A DNA stretch of 64,000 bases, taken from contig NC_057730.1 in assembly GCF_004010195.1 (NCBI RefSeq), positions 32,552,585-32,616,584 on the forward strand, read 5' to 3'. The notes beneath the pieces were generated by a model. That model had not been told where the DNA came from. It saw nothing but the letters and a program-made list of their open reading frames with translations, and did not search any database. Position 1 is the first letter of the stretch. Each line of letters begins with the position of its first letter. Shown one piece after another: positions 52,171 through 63,829 of the stretch. Both the position numbers and the translations under genes were made by a program. This DNA comes from Chiloscyllium plagiosum (Eukaryota).

Positions 52171-52284
<114 letters not shown>

Positions 52285-53021
52285 TTTTTTTTCCTGGAGA
52301 CGAAAAGAGGGTAAGAGTTTGTTAGATGAGTTCTTAAAAGGGAAAGCAAAGTGTGCATTTTCTAACTTGTGCTTTGTCACAAGTACATGCTCTCTGACAG
52401 GTGAAGGAGGATTGACTGGGACTGTTCTCCCACAGATAAAGCTCATGCACCAAATCATATTGTTGAGTCATGTGTCTGAGGAATATTGTTTGCATTAATA
52501 TTTGAGTGGTGGAGGAATTGGTGCTTTGAAATTTCTTGGGGCTTCAATTAGTCCTCAGGATAGAGGTTGGAACATACACATCCCAACCACGAAAAAGGAG
52601 CTTGATCTCTGAATCATTCAGCACACTGGCACCACAATTGGCCCTTTAGTTATGGTATGGACAGGTGTTGGGATGACAGTAATAAATCACCTACACACTT
52701 CTCTCAGTTCATCACTGATGATGAAATAAAAAGTTTCCCTTATCTCCCTCAGCAAGGAGACTAGTACATCTTGAGAGACTTGACTGGATCCCATTGCCTT
52801 TTCCAAACCAGAACCCCCAAACCTTTGCAGTCTAAAGGACTGTCCCCTCTTTAGAGATCAGCTAAATTCAACATAACCTAAAGTTCAAACCTAGCATTGA
52901 AAGAAGGTTACTTTACCCTATTAAATACTGACTTCATAGTTGATCCGTGATTTCCAGAAATGTTTTGGAAATGTTTTTAAAAAACTAAATTAAATTCTAA
53001 AACCTGTTTTTGGCTTTGCAG

Positions 53022-53195
53022 GTACTTGCTGCTGGGAGCTTACTCAATGTGTGAGGGATCACAAGCACTTCTTGATGCATAAGTGCTGGTCTATGGTTTT
53101 TGTTGTCTGATTATGTTTGTTCTGCCAGTGATATTTCAAGTTCTTGAACACTTGATTTCAGGAATTAATAAATTACTCTTGAACCTGGATCTGTG
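53022..53195 (+). other. NDUFAB1: Putative non-coding 3'UTR exon of NDUFAB1
   Basis: Donor GG|GTAAGA at 52310/52311, acceptor TTTTTGGCTTTGCAG ending 53021, AATAAA at 53167-53172. Confidence 0.65.
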
Positions 53196-54336
53196 TGCGC
53201 GCTGTTTATTCACCTGATACTCTACCTCTACACGAATTCTAGACTGATGAGCTTCAGTGGATGGATATTTTTGTTCCTTGTTATGAACTGGAGTCCACTC
53301 AGCTCTTTTGAGTCCATTCCACCATCCAATGACAGTGTGACTCATCCCTGTCCTAACTCCATTTACCAGCTTTGGCTGGTGAAAGTCTGATCTTGGATTT
53401 TAAAAATGGTTAATTCAGCTAGCATTCATGTTTATTAATTGAGGTGTGATCTGCCATCTTTTGCTGGAGACAGTTCTGTATTTTAATCACTGAATGAAAA
53501 AGTGTTTCTGAACTTCTTTCCTAAATAGTTTGGCTCTTGTCACCCACTAAAAGATGGATTTTTCTGTTTAGCTGCTTAATCATTTCCTTTAAAAGTTATG
53601 TAAAAATTTCCACCCAATCACCCTCCGCCTTCCATATTCCAGGGAAAAGAAGTTGCTTCTGTTGCTTTGTACTGGTAAAAGTTGCACTGGTAGCAGGTAA
53701 CATCCTGATCATCCATGATTTAGGTGAATGGCAGAACAGGCTTGAGGAACTGAATTGACTTGGTTTTTCCTGTTCCTTAGATGTCGCTGGTCTGTATCAA
53801 AACAGCTGGTAGAGGCAAGTTGAAACTCTAGCTTAATTTCAGTCTGTTTGATATTTTTCTTAGACAAATGAGTTTAAATTTGATTTCACTGCTGTACTGT
53901 TATGTTCCTGGTATAAGGTGAATATTAATTATTGGGCTATTTACATTCATTTTGTCAATTAGGTGATAGAGCTGTGCAACACATTGTATTTATGTAGCGC
54001 CTTTTAATGTAGTTTAAATAGTCCCAAAGTGCTTCACATAAACATTGATCAAATAAAAATTGGCACTGAGTCATTGAAGGAGGCATTGGTATAGATCTAA
54101 TTAAAATAGAATCAAATAGGATGAGTAATACCGACATTCAACCCAACTAGTCCATGTCAGTATTTGTGCTCTGCTCAAGTTTCCATTCATGTTTTTATCT
54201 CCTCTAAATGGATCATCATAATCCTCTATTCCCTTCTCTATCATATGCTTGTTTTATTTCCCCTTAAATGCATAAATGTGATTGCTTTAACCATTCTCCA
54301 TGGTAATAAATTCCGTATTCTTACAGCTTTGGGTAA

Positions 54337-54725
54337 TCCATGCAAGATTCTGTAAATCTGTTTTTTAAATTAGAATCAGTCTGACAGTCTCGCAAAGGGC
54401 ACCTCACACTTTCAGTGCATTATCCGGACCAACGTGACACCAATTGTTAAAATTCACTTGAGAATGTAACTTTTTTTAAAAAGTTGTGTGATTTACATAA
54501 GAAAGAACTGAAACCAACACGTTCATTTTAAAAGATGAGAGACTTAACAAACAATCCAGGTCTTTTTCAATATATAATTTCAGTTACATCACACTGTAAA
54601 CTTTTGTTATAAATTCTGTGTCTTATGATCTTCTACTCCGCACCACCTGAAGAAGGAGCAGCATTCCGAAAGCTAGTGCTTCCAGATAAACCTGTTGGAC
54701 TATAACCTTATGGTGTGTGATTTTT
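54337..54725 (+). mobile_element. PLE tail fragment with hammerhead
   Basis: Same tail as 58060-58730; approximate 12-bp flanking repeat AGCTTTGGGTAA / AGCTCTAGGTAA. Confidence 0.75.
54644..54678 (+). ncRNA. Minimal hammerhead ribozyme motif
   Basis: CAC-CTGAAGA-A-GGAG CAGCA TTCC-GAAA-GC-TA-GTG; core intact. Confidence 0.7.
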
Positions 54726-56559
54726 AGCTCTAGGTAAAGTTCCTTCTGAATCCCTTGTTGGATTTCTTGGTGACAGCCTTATAGTGATGGTTTCTGGTCA
54801 TGCCCTTCCCATTTCTACATAATCTCCAACCAATCTATCATTGTTTTAAAGACCCATATTAAATTTGCCTTTGGCCTTTTCTCAAGACAGAGACCAGGCT
54901 GTCAATTCTTTCCTGATGTACAATCCCCATGTTTTTGGTATAACTCTTGTAAATCTCTGCAAACTCCTAGAGCCTCTTAATTCTGTTGTGTTTTATTTTG
55001 TACCTTTTTCAAATTCCTCTTCTTTTGTGTGATATGGAGATCAGAACTAGGTTCCGTTCCGAGTTTGGCTTTGGGACATTAAAGATCTGGTGTCCCTAGT
55101 CCAGCCTCCCTTAACTATGATTTGGAGGTGCTGGTGTTGGACGAGGGTGTACAACGTTAAAAATCACACAACTCCAGGTTATTGTCCAACAGGTTTACAG
55201 TATTAGGAAGCACTAGCTTTCGGAGCTCCTTCATCTAGTGGTTGTGAAGTATAAGATCGTAAGACAGAATTTACAGTGTGATGTAACTGAAATGATATAT
55301 TGAAAAAGACCTGAATTGTTTAAGTCTCTCATCTTTTTAGAATGAACGTGTCAGTTTCAGTTTTTTCATACGTAAATCCCAGAACATTTAAGATGTGAGC
55401 TGCCCTGTGTGAGACTGTCTGTGCCCCAATGTTCAGACTGATTCTAATTTAAAAAATGGATTTACAGAATCTTGCATGGATTCATGCAGTTCTTTGAGCA
55501 AAGTAAAATGTAATTCTGCAAGTACAAATTCAGCCCACAAACTTGTGTATGTGTGCATGTGGGTGAGTGTCTGTGAGTGTGTGTGTGAGAGTGTAAAGGG
55601 GTACAAGTCTTTGAGAGAGTGTATGTGTGAGGGAGGGTCTACATGAGTAAGTGAGGACTGCAGATGCTGGAGATCAGAACTGCTGTGCTTTTCCAGCAAC
55701 ACATTTTCAGGGTCTACGTGAGTGAATGGGTCTGTAGGAGTGTGTGTGTGTGTGTGTATAGTGCAATGGGGTCACCTGTAGTGACATGAACCCAAGGTCC
55801 CAGTTGAGGTCATCCCTATGGGTACCAAACTTAGCTATCAGCCTCTGCTCGGCCACTTTTCGTTGTTGCCTGTCCTGAAGTCCGCCTTAGAGGACAGTCA
55901 CCCGTAGGTCCAAGGTCAAATGTCCTGGACTGCTGAAGTGTTCTCCAACTGGGAGGGAACACTCCTGTCTGTTGATGTTGTAAGGTATCCGTTCATCCGT
56001 TGGCGTAGCCTCTGCTCGGTCTCTCCAATGTACCATGCCTTGGCATCCTCGTCTGCAGCGTATGAGACAACATTGGCTGAGTTGCGCGAGTACCTGTCAT
56101 GTGCATGGTGGGAGATGTCCGTACGCATAATGGTGGTATGCATGTTGATACTGATATCTTGCAGCATCCACCATGATGTCAGTTTTGTTTGCTAATGCTA
56201 ATGTATGGTGTTAGCCTGAAAGCTGGGCAGTTTGCTACGAGCAATGATCTGTTTGAGGTTTGCTGGTTGGTTAAAGGTGAGAAGTGGAGGTGTAGGGAAG
56301 GTCTTGGCAAGGTGCTCACCCTCATTGATAATGTGTTGCAGGCTGCGAAGAACGTGGCATAGTTTTTTGGCTCCTGAGAACTACTGGACAATGAAGGGTA
56401 CCCTGTCAGTTGCAGCTTGTGTCTGTCTCCTGAGGAGGTCATTATGGTTTCTCGCTGTGGCACGTTGAAACTGGCGGTCAATGAGCATCGTACCCAGTTC
56501 TTGATGAGAGCATCCTTGAGTACTTCCAGGTGTCCGTCACGTTCCTCCTCATCTGAAGT

Positions 56560-57570
56560 GAATTCAATTTATTGTCGTGTACCGAGACATAGTCTTGTGA
56601 GCAATACAGGCAGATCACATAGTTAAGTAGCATGGATGAGTAAATAATTGGTAAACAGCGGCAAAAACACAGGTATAGGTGAATGTTAAGAGTTTGAGTC
56701 CATTCGGTATTCTAACAACAGTAGGGTAGAAACGGCTATGAAACTAGCTGGTGTGTGTTCAGGCTTCTGCACCTTTTCCCTGATGTGAGAGGTTGTAGAA
56801 AAACATTGCCCGGGTGGGATAGATCTTTGAGAATGCTGGAGTCCTTTCCTTTACAGTGGGTCTGGTAGATGGATTCTATAGATGGGAGGTTGCCTTTGTG
56901 ATTGTCTGGGCTGAGTTCACCACTCTTTGTAACTGTCTTCAATCTTGAATGGTACAGTTGCCATACCAGGTAGTGATGCGTCCAGACAGAATGCTCTCGT
57001 TGGCTCACCTATAAAAGTTGGCTGGGGTATTCGCCATCATGCCAAATTTCCTCAGTTGCTTGAGGAAGAAGAGACATTTTTGGGCCTTTGTAACCAGCAT
57101 GTCCAAATGAAGAGTCTAAGAAAGCTTGTTACTGATGACCACTCCCAGGAGCTTGACACTCTCCATTCGTTCCATCTCTGTACTGTTAATGTGTAGGGGG
57201 GGGCATGAGTAACATCCCGCTGAAAGTCAATAATGGGTTCCTTGGTTTTGGTGGCATTGAGAGTTAGGTTGTTCTCAGTGCACCATTTTTTCAGGTCTTC
57301 CACCTCCTGTCTGTAGTCTGTTTCATTGCCATCTGAGATTCGACTGACTGTGGTGGTGTCATCAGTGAACTTGTAAATGGCATTAGTCTGGTATTTGGTG
57401 ATGCAGTCATGGGTATGCAGTGAGTACAGTAGGGGCTGAGTACTGGGGGGCTTCAGTGTTGGGTGTTGGTGAGGATGAAATATTGTCTCCAATCTTCACT
57501 GATAGTTTCCTGATCCACAGGCCACAAAGGATCCAGTTGCAGAGAGTGGGGCTTAGTCCAAGATCACTAA
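56560..57570 (-). mobile_element. Rex1/Babar-like LINE 3' fragment nested in the PLE
   Basis: LGLSPTLCNWIL, HDC...KFTDDTT...ETDYRQEV..L..WCTENNLTLNATKTKE..IDF. Confidence 0.75.
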
Positions 57571-58199
57571 GTTTAGAATAGATCCTGTGTATGCATAGGA
57601 CTTGTCCATAGGGGATGGCTGTTTTAATATGGTTCAAGTGGAAGCTGTAGAAGTGTAGCATCGTGGGGTTATCCGTGGGATTGTGGCAACAATGCAAAAT
57701 GGCAAAGTAGAGGCTGATAGCCAAGTTCGGTACCCATGGGGATGGCCTCAACTGGGACCTTGGGTTCATGTCACACTACAGGTGACCCCATTGCACTATA
57801 CACACACACACACAGATGGACACAGACACGTGGACACTCCTACAAACATGCACACTCTCCTACTGATCCATACATTCATGCAGTCTCTCATGCTCACATG
57901 TGCACCACTCACAGATTTATACCCTTTTACACACACACATACACACTCTCTCACAGACACTCCTAAATCCTGCCCCTGCCCCCAACCCACCCACCCACAC
58001 AAGTTTTGTGGGCTGAATTTGTACTTGCAGAATTACATTTTACATAGCTCAAAAACTGCATGAATCCATGTAAGATTCTGTAAATCCATTTTGTAGATTA
58101 AAATCAGGCTGACCATTATGGCACAGACAGTCTGACACAGGGCACCTCACATCTTCAAAGCATTATCTGGGCCGACATGACACCAATTGTTAAAGTTTT

Positions 58200-58475
58200 G
58201 GGTGGCACAGTGGCTCAGTGGTTAGCACTACTGCCTCACAGCACTAGGGACCCGGGTTCGATTCCAGCCTCTGGCGACTGTCTGCGTGGAGTTTGCACAT
58301 TCTCCCTGTGTCTGTGTGGGTGCAGGTCAGGTGAATTGGCTATGCTAAATTGCCCATAGTGTTAGGTGTATTAGTAGGGAGTTGGGGAATGGGTCTACGT
58401 GGGTTACTCTGCGGAGGGTCGGTGTGGACTTGTTGGTCCGAAGAGCCTGTTTCTGCACTCTTAGGGAATCTAATC
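58200..58475 (+). mobile_element. HE1-type tRNA-derived SINE
   Basis: A box TGGCTCAGTGG, B box GGTTCGATTCC, tail ending GGGAATCTAATCT. Confidence 0.88.
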
Positions 58476-58652
58476 TTGAGAATGTAACTTTTAAATGTTC
58501 TGCAATTTACATGAAAGAACTGAAAACAACATGTTCATTCTAAAAGATGAGAGACTTAACAAACAATCCAGGTCTTTTTCAATATATAATTTCAGTTACA
58601 TCACGCTAAGAATTTATAGCAAAAGTTGTCTTATGATCTTTTACTCCACAAC

Positions 58653-58687
58653 CACCTGATGAAGGAGCAGCGTTCTGAAAGCTAGTG
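58653..58687 (+). ncRNA. Minimal hammerhead ribozyme motif
   Basis: CAC-CTGATGA-A-GGAGC AGC GTTCT-GAAA-GC-TA-GTG; stem II retained through G-U wobbles. Confidence 0.65.
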
Positions 58688-59319
58688 CTTCCAAATAAAC
58701 CTGTTGGACTATAACCTGGTGTTGTGATTTTTTTTTTCCGCCCTTAACTGCTCAGTATAGATGTTTGAAAGTGATCTTTGGAGAATACCAATAGCACAAT
58801 CAATCTCAGGAAGAGCAAGCAAAATGAGCTAGAAATACAGCTGTAACTTGTAATCAGGAATGGTTTATGCTGTGAGCTTAATTAGAAAGTGATGTGCAGC
58901 CGACGTGCGCCTGTCCGCAGAGGGCAGTGAGTCGGACTTTTATCTTGAGTTCAGTATGAGGCGTGCCTTCGAGTTCCTGAAAAACTTGGAGGGCGCTTGA
59001 GGAAAGGAAATGTCTCCGAATTCCTTTTCGCCGCCTTATGGCGTATTTTCGAATAAATATACAGCACTTCACGGCACGCTAAATCCCTCGAATAGGCAAT
59101 CAATTATCCGTATATGTTCCTTTTTAAATAAAACCTATAGTGGGACCAACTGGACAGCTTTCAGTTAGTACAGGGACGATAAGCCCAACCTTTAAGGATG
59201 TTTCCTCTAGACTTGTTTTTTTTCTCTCGCCTCCCACCTCTATCTCTGCCAGCACACTGTCTTTTCCTGCTCTCGTTTCCTTCCCCTCTTGGTCTGCGTT
59301 CTCTTTCTTGTGCAGTTTT

Positions 59320-59579
59320 CTCCCCAATCAGTCCTTTTTCCTCCCCACAACCCTCCTCCCCCAGCTTGGTCATGCGGACCTCTCCTCTGACCACTCACAG
59401 ACGGAAATCCTTTCAGGCTGCCTCCCAAGCACAAGCGCTGAGATATCGGCAGCGCCGAGCCATCTTCCTGCCGCTCTGACCCTCGCTTCAATAAATGCAG
59501 CTCCCAGTCCGGCCACCGCTAGCTCCGCTCTCCCGGAATCTCGGCTTCTTGCGCTCCAGTCACGGGATAGCACCGGACC
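59320..59579 (+). promoter_or_regulatory. Promoter/5'UTR of the CUB-domain gene
   Basis: CCAATCA at ~59324, TATA-like AATAAAT at ~59490, CpG-rich 5'UTR, GGACCATG start context. Confidence 0.55.
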
Positions 59580-59631
59580 ATGTTGGCCCGGGCGGTCTGG
59601 CTGCTGCTGATGCTGCTTCTCACCAGCTCAG
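59580..59631 (+). CDS. Exon 1 (signal peptide) of a secreted or membrane CUB-domain protein
   Basis: MLARAVWLLLMLLLTSS(G), CAG|GTAACC phase-1 donor compatible with the exon at 63209. Confidence 0.8.
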
Positions 59632-59964
59632 GTAACCCCAGCACTCACTCGCTCCGACACCGTTATACAGCCGTTGATTTAGGAAAAAGGGAAGTCTGCT
59701 TTATATCGCATTAGTTTGCAATGTATTTATTGTATCAAATTCTATTCTGCTACATTGCAGTGTATTGCAATTCATGCATTTTGCGTTTGTGGGTGGGAGG
59801 AGGGGGATCGTATTAACCCTACAAATCATAGTACTTAGAAATTGCTGGTCCCCTGTGTTGTGTGAGAGGGAGGAGAGTTCTAACACTAACTGTAACAGGG
59901 CTTTCTAACACTGACCACGTGTGTAACGGGGTTTTCTGCCTTGACCTGTGTGTAATAGGACAAT

Positions 59965-61355
59965 TGTACTGCCGAATACGGACGACACAATCCTGTCTAA
60001 GGTCATCGCCAACCTGGTCAGGTCTGATCTGGGATCGGTGAGTCACCCTGATCAAACTTGTCCTATACCAGGCGGGATGATGTCTGAGAACCTCATGGAT
60101 ACAATTGCCTTGGTGCATGACGGGGTTAAGGGGGGCAGCCTTGGACAGGATATAGCACATTTACCAGTGGGACTAACTGTCCAAAATTGGCTCTGAGGAG
60201 AGAATCCGACTGCTCTACAGTAACACACATACAGGAGTTCTGATGAAGGGTCACCAGACCCGAAAGTTAATTCTGATTTCTCTTTACAGATGCTGCCAGA
60301 TCTGCTGAGCTTTTCCAGCAGCTCCTGTTTTTGTTTCTTATTTATAGCACGCGGGGTTCTTTTGGTTTTTGGTTGCTCTACGCCAACATTGTTAGTGCAG
60401 TCTCAATCTATGGCTGGGAATCAGAAAGTCTCCTGATCACTCCTGACTCAGGGAGGGCTGCCCATTCTCTCCTGCCTTATTTTTGTGTTGTACAGAGCTT
60501 TTTGCTGAGTCCATCAGGAAGGATGCGAGCCTGAAAGGGATGATTATTCCAGGCAGCGGAGGCCTGTTGGTCAAAGCCTCCCTGTACGTGGATAATGTCA
60601 CTGCTTTCTGCTCGGATCTGCTGTCAGTGCACAGACTTGTGAGCATCTATGATCAGTTTGAACTGGCTTGGGAGCCAAGGTAAATTGAAGCCATATTGTT
60701 TGGGAACTGAGCTGACTGAGCCTTTATCCCCTTCACCGTCGGGGCAGATTACCTGGGAATATGGTTCAGAGGGACTGGGGTATGACTGAAAATCTTGGGA
60801 GGAGTGTATCACCAAGGTGAGAAGCGGCTGGGGGTGGAGGGCGGGGAGACTGTCACACATCTCCTCCTGGAATGTGCCTTTGCTAAGGAAGTCTGGAGAG
60901 AGATGCAGTGGATTTTGTCAAGCAGCTCTGTAACACAGGATACTGTGCTGTACGGTCTGTTGCCCAAGATGCACACTGACACAAACATTGACTGTGCTTG
61001 GAGAACCATCAACTTAGTGAAAAATGCTCTTTGGTCTGCCCGAAACTTGTTGGTCTTCCAGAACAGGAATTGACCCTGACCAAATGTTGCAGACTGGCAC
61101 GTTCTAAGGTATAGGACTATGTGCTGTGAGATGCATTAAAGTGTGGGGGCAGCTGCTGCCAAGGTTCAGTGGGGAAAGCCCACTGTCTGAGGTCTTTTTG
61201 CTGAAGTTAAATGGCACTTCAGTTATTGGACCTTCCCAGTGCCTCACATGCAGGTAAATGTAGTCTGGTTCAAGTAAGGGATGTCTTTGGTTTGTGTGGA
61301 TAGAGTCAAACTCCAATGTTTGTTTGTTTCCTTGATATGCTACCGTACGGAACGG
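59965..61355 (+). mobile_element. Tx1/L1-clade LINE, internally deleted
   Basis: ILSKVIANL...HPDQTC.IPG, ASLYVDNV (YADD-like), ETVTHLLLECAFAKEVW (C-terminal zinc finger). Confidence 0.75.
60219..60373 (+). mobile_element. 155-bp hammerhead-bearing PLE tail insertion
   Basis: AGTT-CTGATGA-A-GGGTC ACCA GACCC-GAAA-GTT-AATT at 60236-60272; direct repeat TGCTCTAC at 60211-60218 / 60374-60381. Confidence 0.75.
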
Positions 61356-61775
61356 AACTGTTTGTGACTGTGTCTGAAGAAGTGTGCATAACAGGGCCCT
61401 CAGCCTGGAACTCTGTGCTCGCAGTGGGGCCTTCTGTCTAGCGGTGTGTATGTAATGGATTTCTATCTTGCACTGACTATTATTAACAGGCCTGACTGTC
61501 ATGCACTGATTATGTCTACATAACAGGGTTAACTGTTGAGCACTGACTGTGTATGTGACAGGTCTGAATATTCCAGCTCTTTCTGTCCTGACACAGATTA
61601 AATTGTGGGTATGTTTAGTACAAGATAGAGAATGTATATAAAAGGTGATAACAGGTCTTAGTGGAGTATTTCATAGATGAGTAGGAGAGTTGTCTTTTAT
61701 GTCCTGGGTTGATATATTTAATCTTTGAGCAATGTCACTAAAACGGATCATCTGACCATTATCAAATTGTTCTTG

Positions 61776-62157
61776 ATTTGGAGATGCCAGTATTGGACTG
61801 GGGTGTACAAAATTAAAAATCACACAACACCAGGTTATAGTCCAACAGGTTTAATTAGAAGCACACTAGCTTTCAGAGCATCGCTCCTTCATCAGGTGGT
61901 AGTGGAGGGCTCAATCCTAACACACAGAATTTAAAGCAAAAATTTACAGTGTGATGTAACTGAAAAATTGATTGTTAAGCCTTTCATCTGTTAGAATATA
62001 ATGACAGTTTCACTTATTTCATGTGTAAATCACAAAAACTTTTTTAAAAAAAGTTGCATTCTCAGGTTAGCTGTTAACAATGGTGGTAGCTAGACAATGT
62101 GTTGAAGGTTTTAGCCCCCTGTGTTCTCTGTCTATGCCATGATGTTTAGATTAATTT
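61776..62157 (-). mobile_element. PLE tail insertion
   Basis: Same tail family as 44884-45089; 14-bp direct repeat TCAAATTGTTCTTG at 61762-61775 / 62158-62171. Confidence 0.8.
61864..61898 (-). ncRNA. Minimal hammerhead ribozyme motif (minus strand)
   Basis: Reverse complement CAC-CTGATGA-A-GGAGC GAT GCTCT-GAAA-GC-TA-GTG. Confidence 0.68.
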
Positions 62158-62504
62158 TCAAATTGTTCTTGTTTGAAATCTAGGAGTGTGCAAATTGGCT
62201 GCCCCTTCACAACATGACTGCATTTCAAAGGCATTCCATTAGCCTGCACTGATGTTGTGAAAGGTCTTATGGAAGTAACAGACTGTATTCTTTCTTTGTG
62301 CCCAGGGGTTAGATGCTTTGTTTTGTAGAGCCTCTGATCCTCTCAGACTAGGACCGTGGCTCAGTGGTAGATGAAGTATAAAAGGGCAGATGGTGGATGA
62401 ATGGTAACATGGCAAGAGCTGATGCCTATGGGAAGTGATAATAGGAGAAATTCGTAAATAAAGACATAAGAACTTGTACCATTATAGCACTTTTAACATG
62501 GCAG

Positions 62505-62840
62505 AAGATAGTTGCACAATGGTGATATCACTTGACTAGTAATCTAGGGGCTCAGGGTTCACACCTGACCATGATTGAGTTTTGAATTCGATGAACAAAA
62601 TTTGGAATTGAAAGCTAGTCAGTAAGTATAAAATTGTTATCGATGAGTGTCATAAAAATCCAGATGATTCATTAATACTCTTTGGGGAAGGAAATCTACC
62701 TATTTTGACCACATGAATGACTAACTCATCACTGCCTTGAAAATGATCCAACAAACCACTCCGTTCAAGGACAATCAGGGATGAACAACAAATGTTGGCC
62801 TTGCCAGTGACACAAACACACATTACATGAAGGAATTAAT
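62505..62840 (+). mobile_element. tRNA-derived SINE with old-LINE tail
   Basis: Same body (GGGGAAGGAAATCTACC) and tail (AAATGTTGGCCTTGCCAGTGAC) as the split SINE at 30410-31830. Confidence 0.6.
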
Positions 62841-63208
62841 TAACTTTGTAAGTGTACCAGGCATATGACTGGAGCATTAGCAAACAAAACTGACATTGGA
62901 CTAAATGGAGACATAGTGGGATAGATTTCCAACAGCTTGGTCTAAGAAGTAGGATTTAGCTTGTTGAGAAAAGGAAGAGAAAGAGGCCAAGAAGTTTGGG
63001 GAGGAGATTGTAGGGCTCAGGACCTTGATTGACCACCAGTGGTTAAACTCAAGGATGCTCAAGAGGAGAAATGCTAGTATCTCAGAGGCCTGTAGGGCTG
63101 GAGGAGGTTACAGTTACAGTGAGGTCCTCAAGGTCCTGAATTTTATTGATCAAGAATTCAAACATCTGAACTAAGACAAGTTACTAATCAGGAGCCTATG
63201 TCCTACAG

Positions 63209-63589
63209 GATTTCTGCCCGCTTCAATGCGGCCAGATTGTGGTGGTGTTCTGCTGCCCACTGTCACCTATAATACCCTGCGGTATGCCCTGCTGATGACT
63301 AACTCTGTCAATGGAACCAAGTGCTCCTGGATTCTGCAAGCAGCCTCGACAGAGACTCTTGAGTTAGAGGTTATCTCCTACCAGACTGTGTCCTGGACAG
63401 ATGCCAGCTGCACCTCGACATACCTGGCCATCAAACTGGGACCAACACAGAAGGAAAGGCGGTTCTGTGACCCATTCCAGAGTATTCCTGAAGTTGGCAG
63501 AAAGCTGTTGTTCCGAGGAAAAGGGACGGCTGTCGTTACCTTACAATCAGCCTATGGCATGAAACAAGGATTTGCTCTTCGGTACTCAG
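63209..63589 (+). CDS. Exon 2: one CUB domain; the gene continues beyond the window
   Basis: DCGGVL...KCSWILQA...LEL...CTSTYLAI...RRFC...GFALRYS; phase 1-1 exon of 381 nt with TACAG / GTGAGT boundaries. Confidence 0.88.
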
Positions 63590-63829
63590 GTGAGTTATGA
63601 TACATTATAAACCACATTTAGAAATGTTTACAGCCTTCTACATGGAATAGAGGCTTGGTCAGCTGAGTTGGCTAAAAGACTGATGTGTTATGTGGAGCGG
63701 TTCAATTCCTGTACCTACTGAAATCACTGTGAAGGCCCCGTTCTCTCAGCCTTGCCTGTTGCCTGAGTGCGGTGACCCTCAAGTTAAGCTCACCATCAGA
63801 TATCTCAGAGAGCAGCCTGTGTACTGAAG

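Larger units (their letters stand above)
55117..58740 (-). mobile_element. Penelope-like element with inverted partial pLTR, carrying nested insertions
   Basis: Minus-strand IKTAIPYGQ (~57620), WYIGETEQRLRQRMNG (GIY-YIG, ~56030), tail to 55117; inverted tail copy 57660-58740; direct repeat CCCTTAACT at 55108-55116 / 58741-58749. Confidence 0.8.

Noticed and set aside
58200-58275. tRNA gene
   Set aside because: A and B boxes belong to a SINE head that continues into SINE body and tail; no full cloverleaf.
58890-59100. CpG-rich patch as a separate gene or exon
   Set aside because: No recognisable coding or splice pattern; more likely upstream regulatory DNA of the CUB gene, but unsupported.
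59140-59610. 156-aa Ser/Pro/Leu-rich ORF and overlapping minus ORFs
   Set aside because: Low-complexity pyrimidine-rich and CpG promoter sequence; the credible start is ATG 59580 in another frame.
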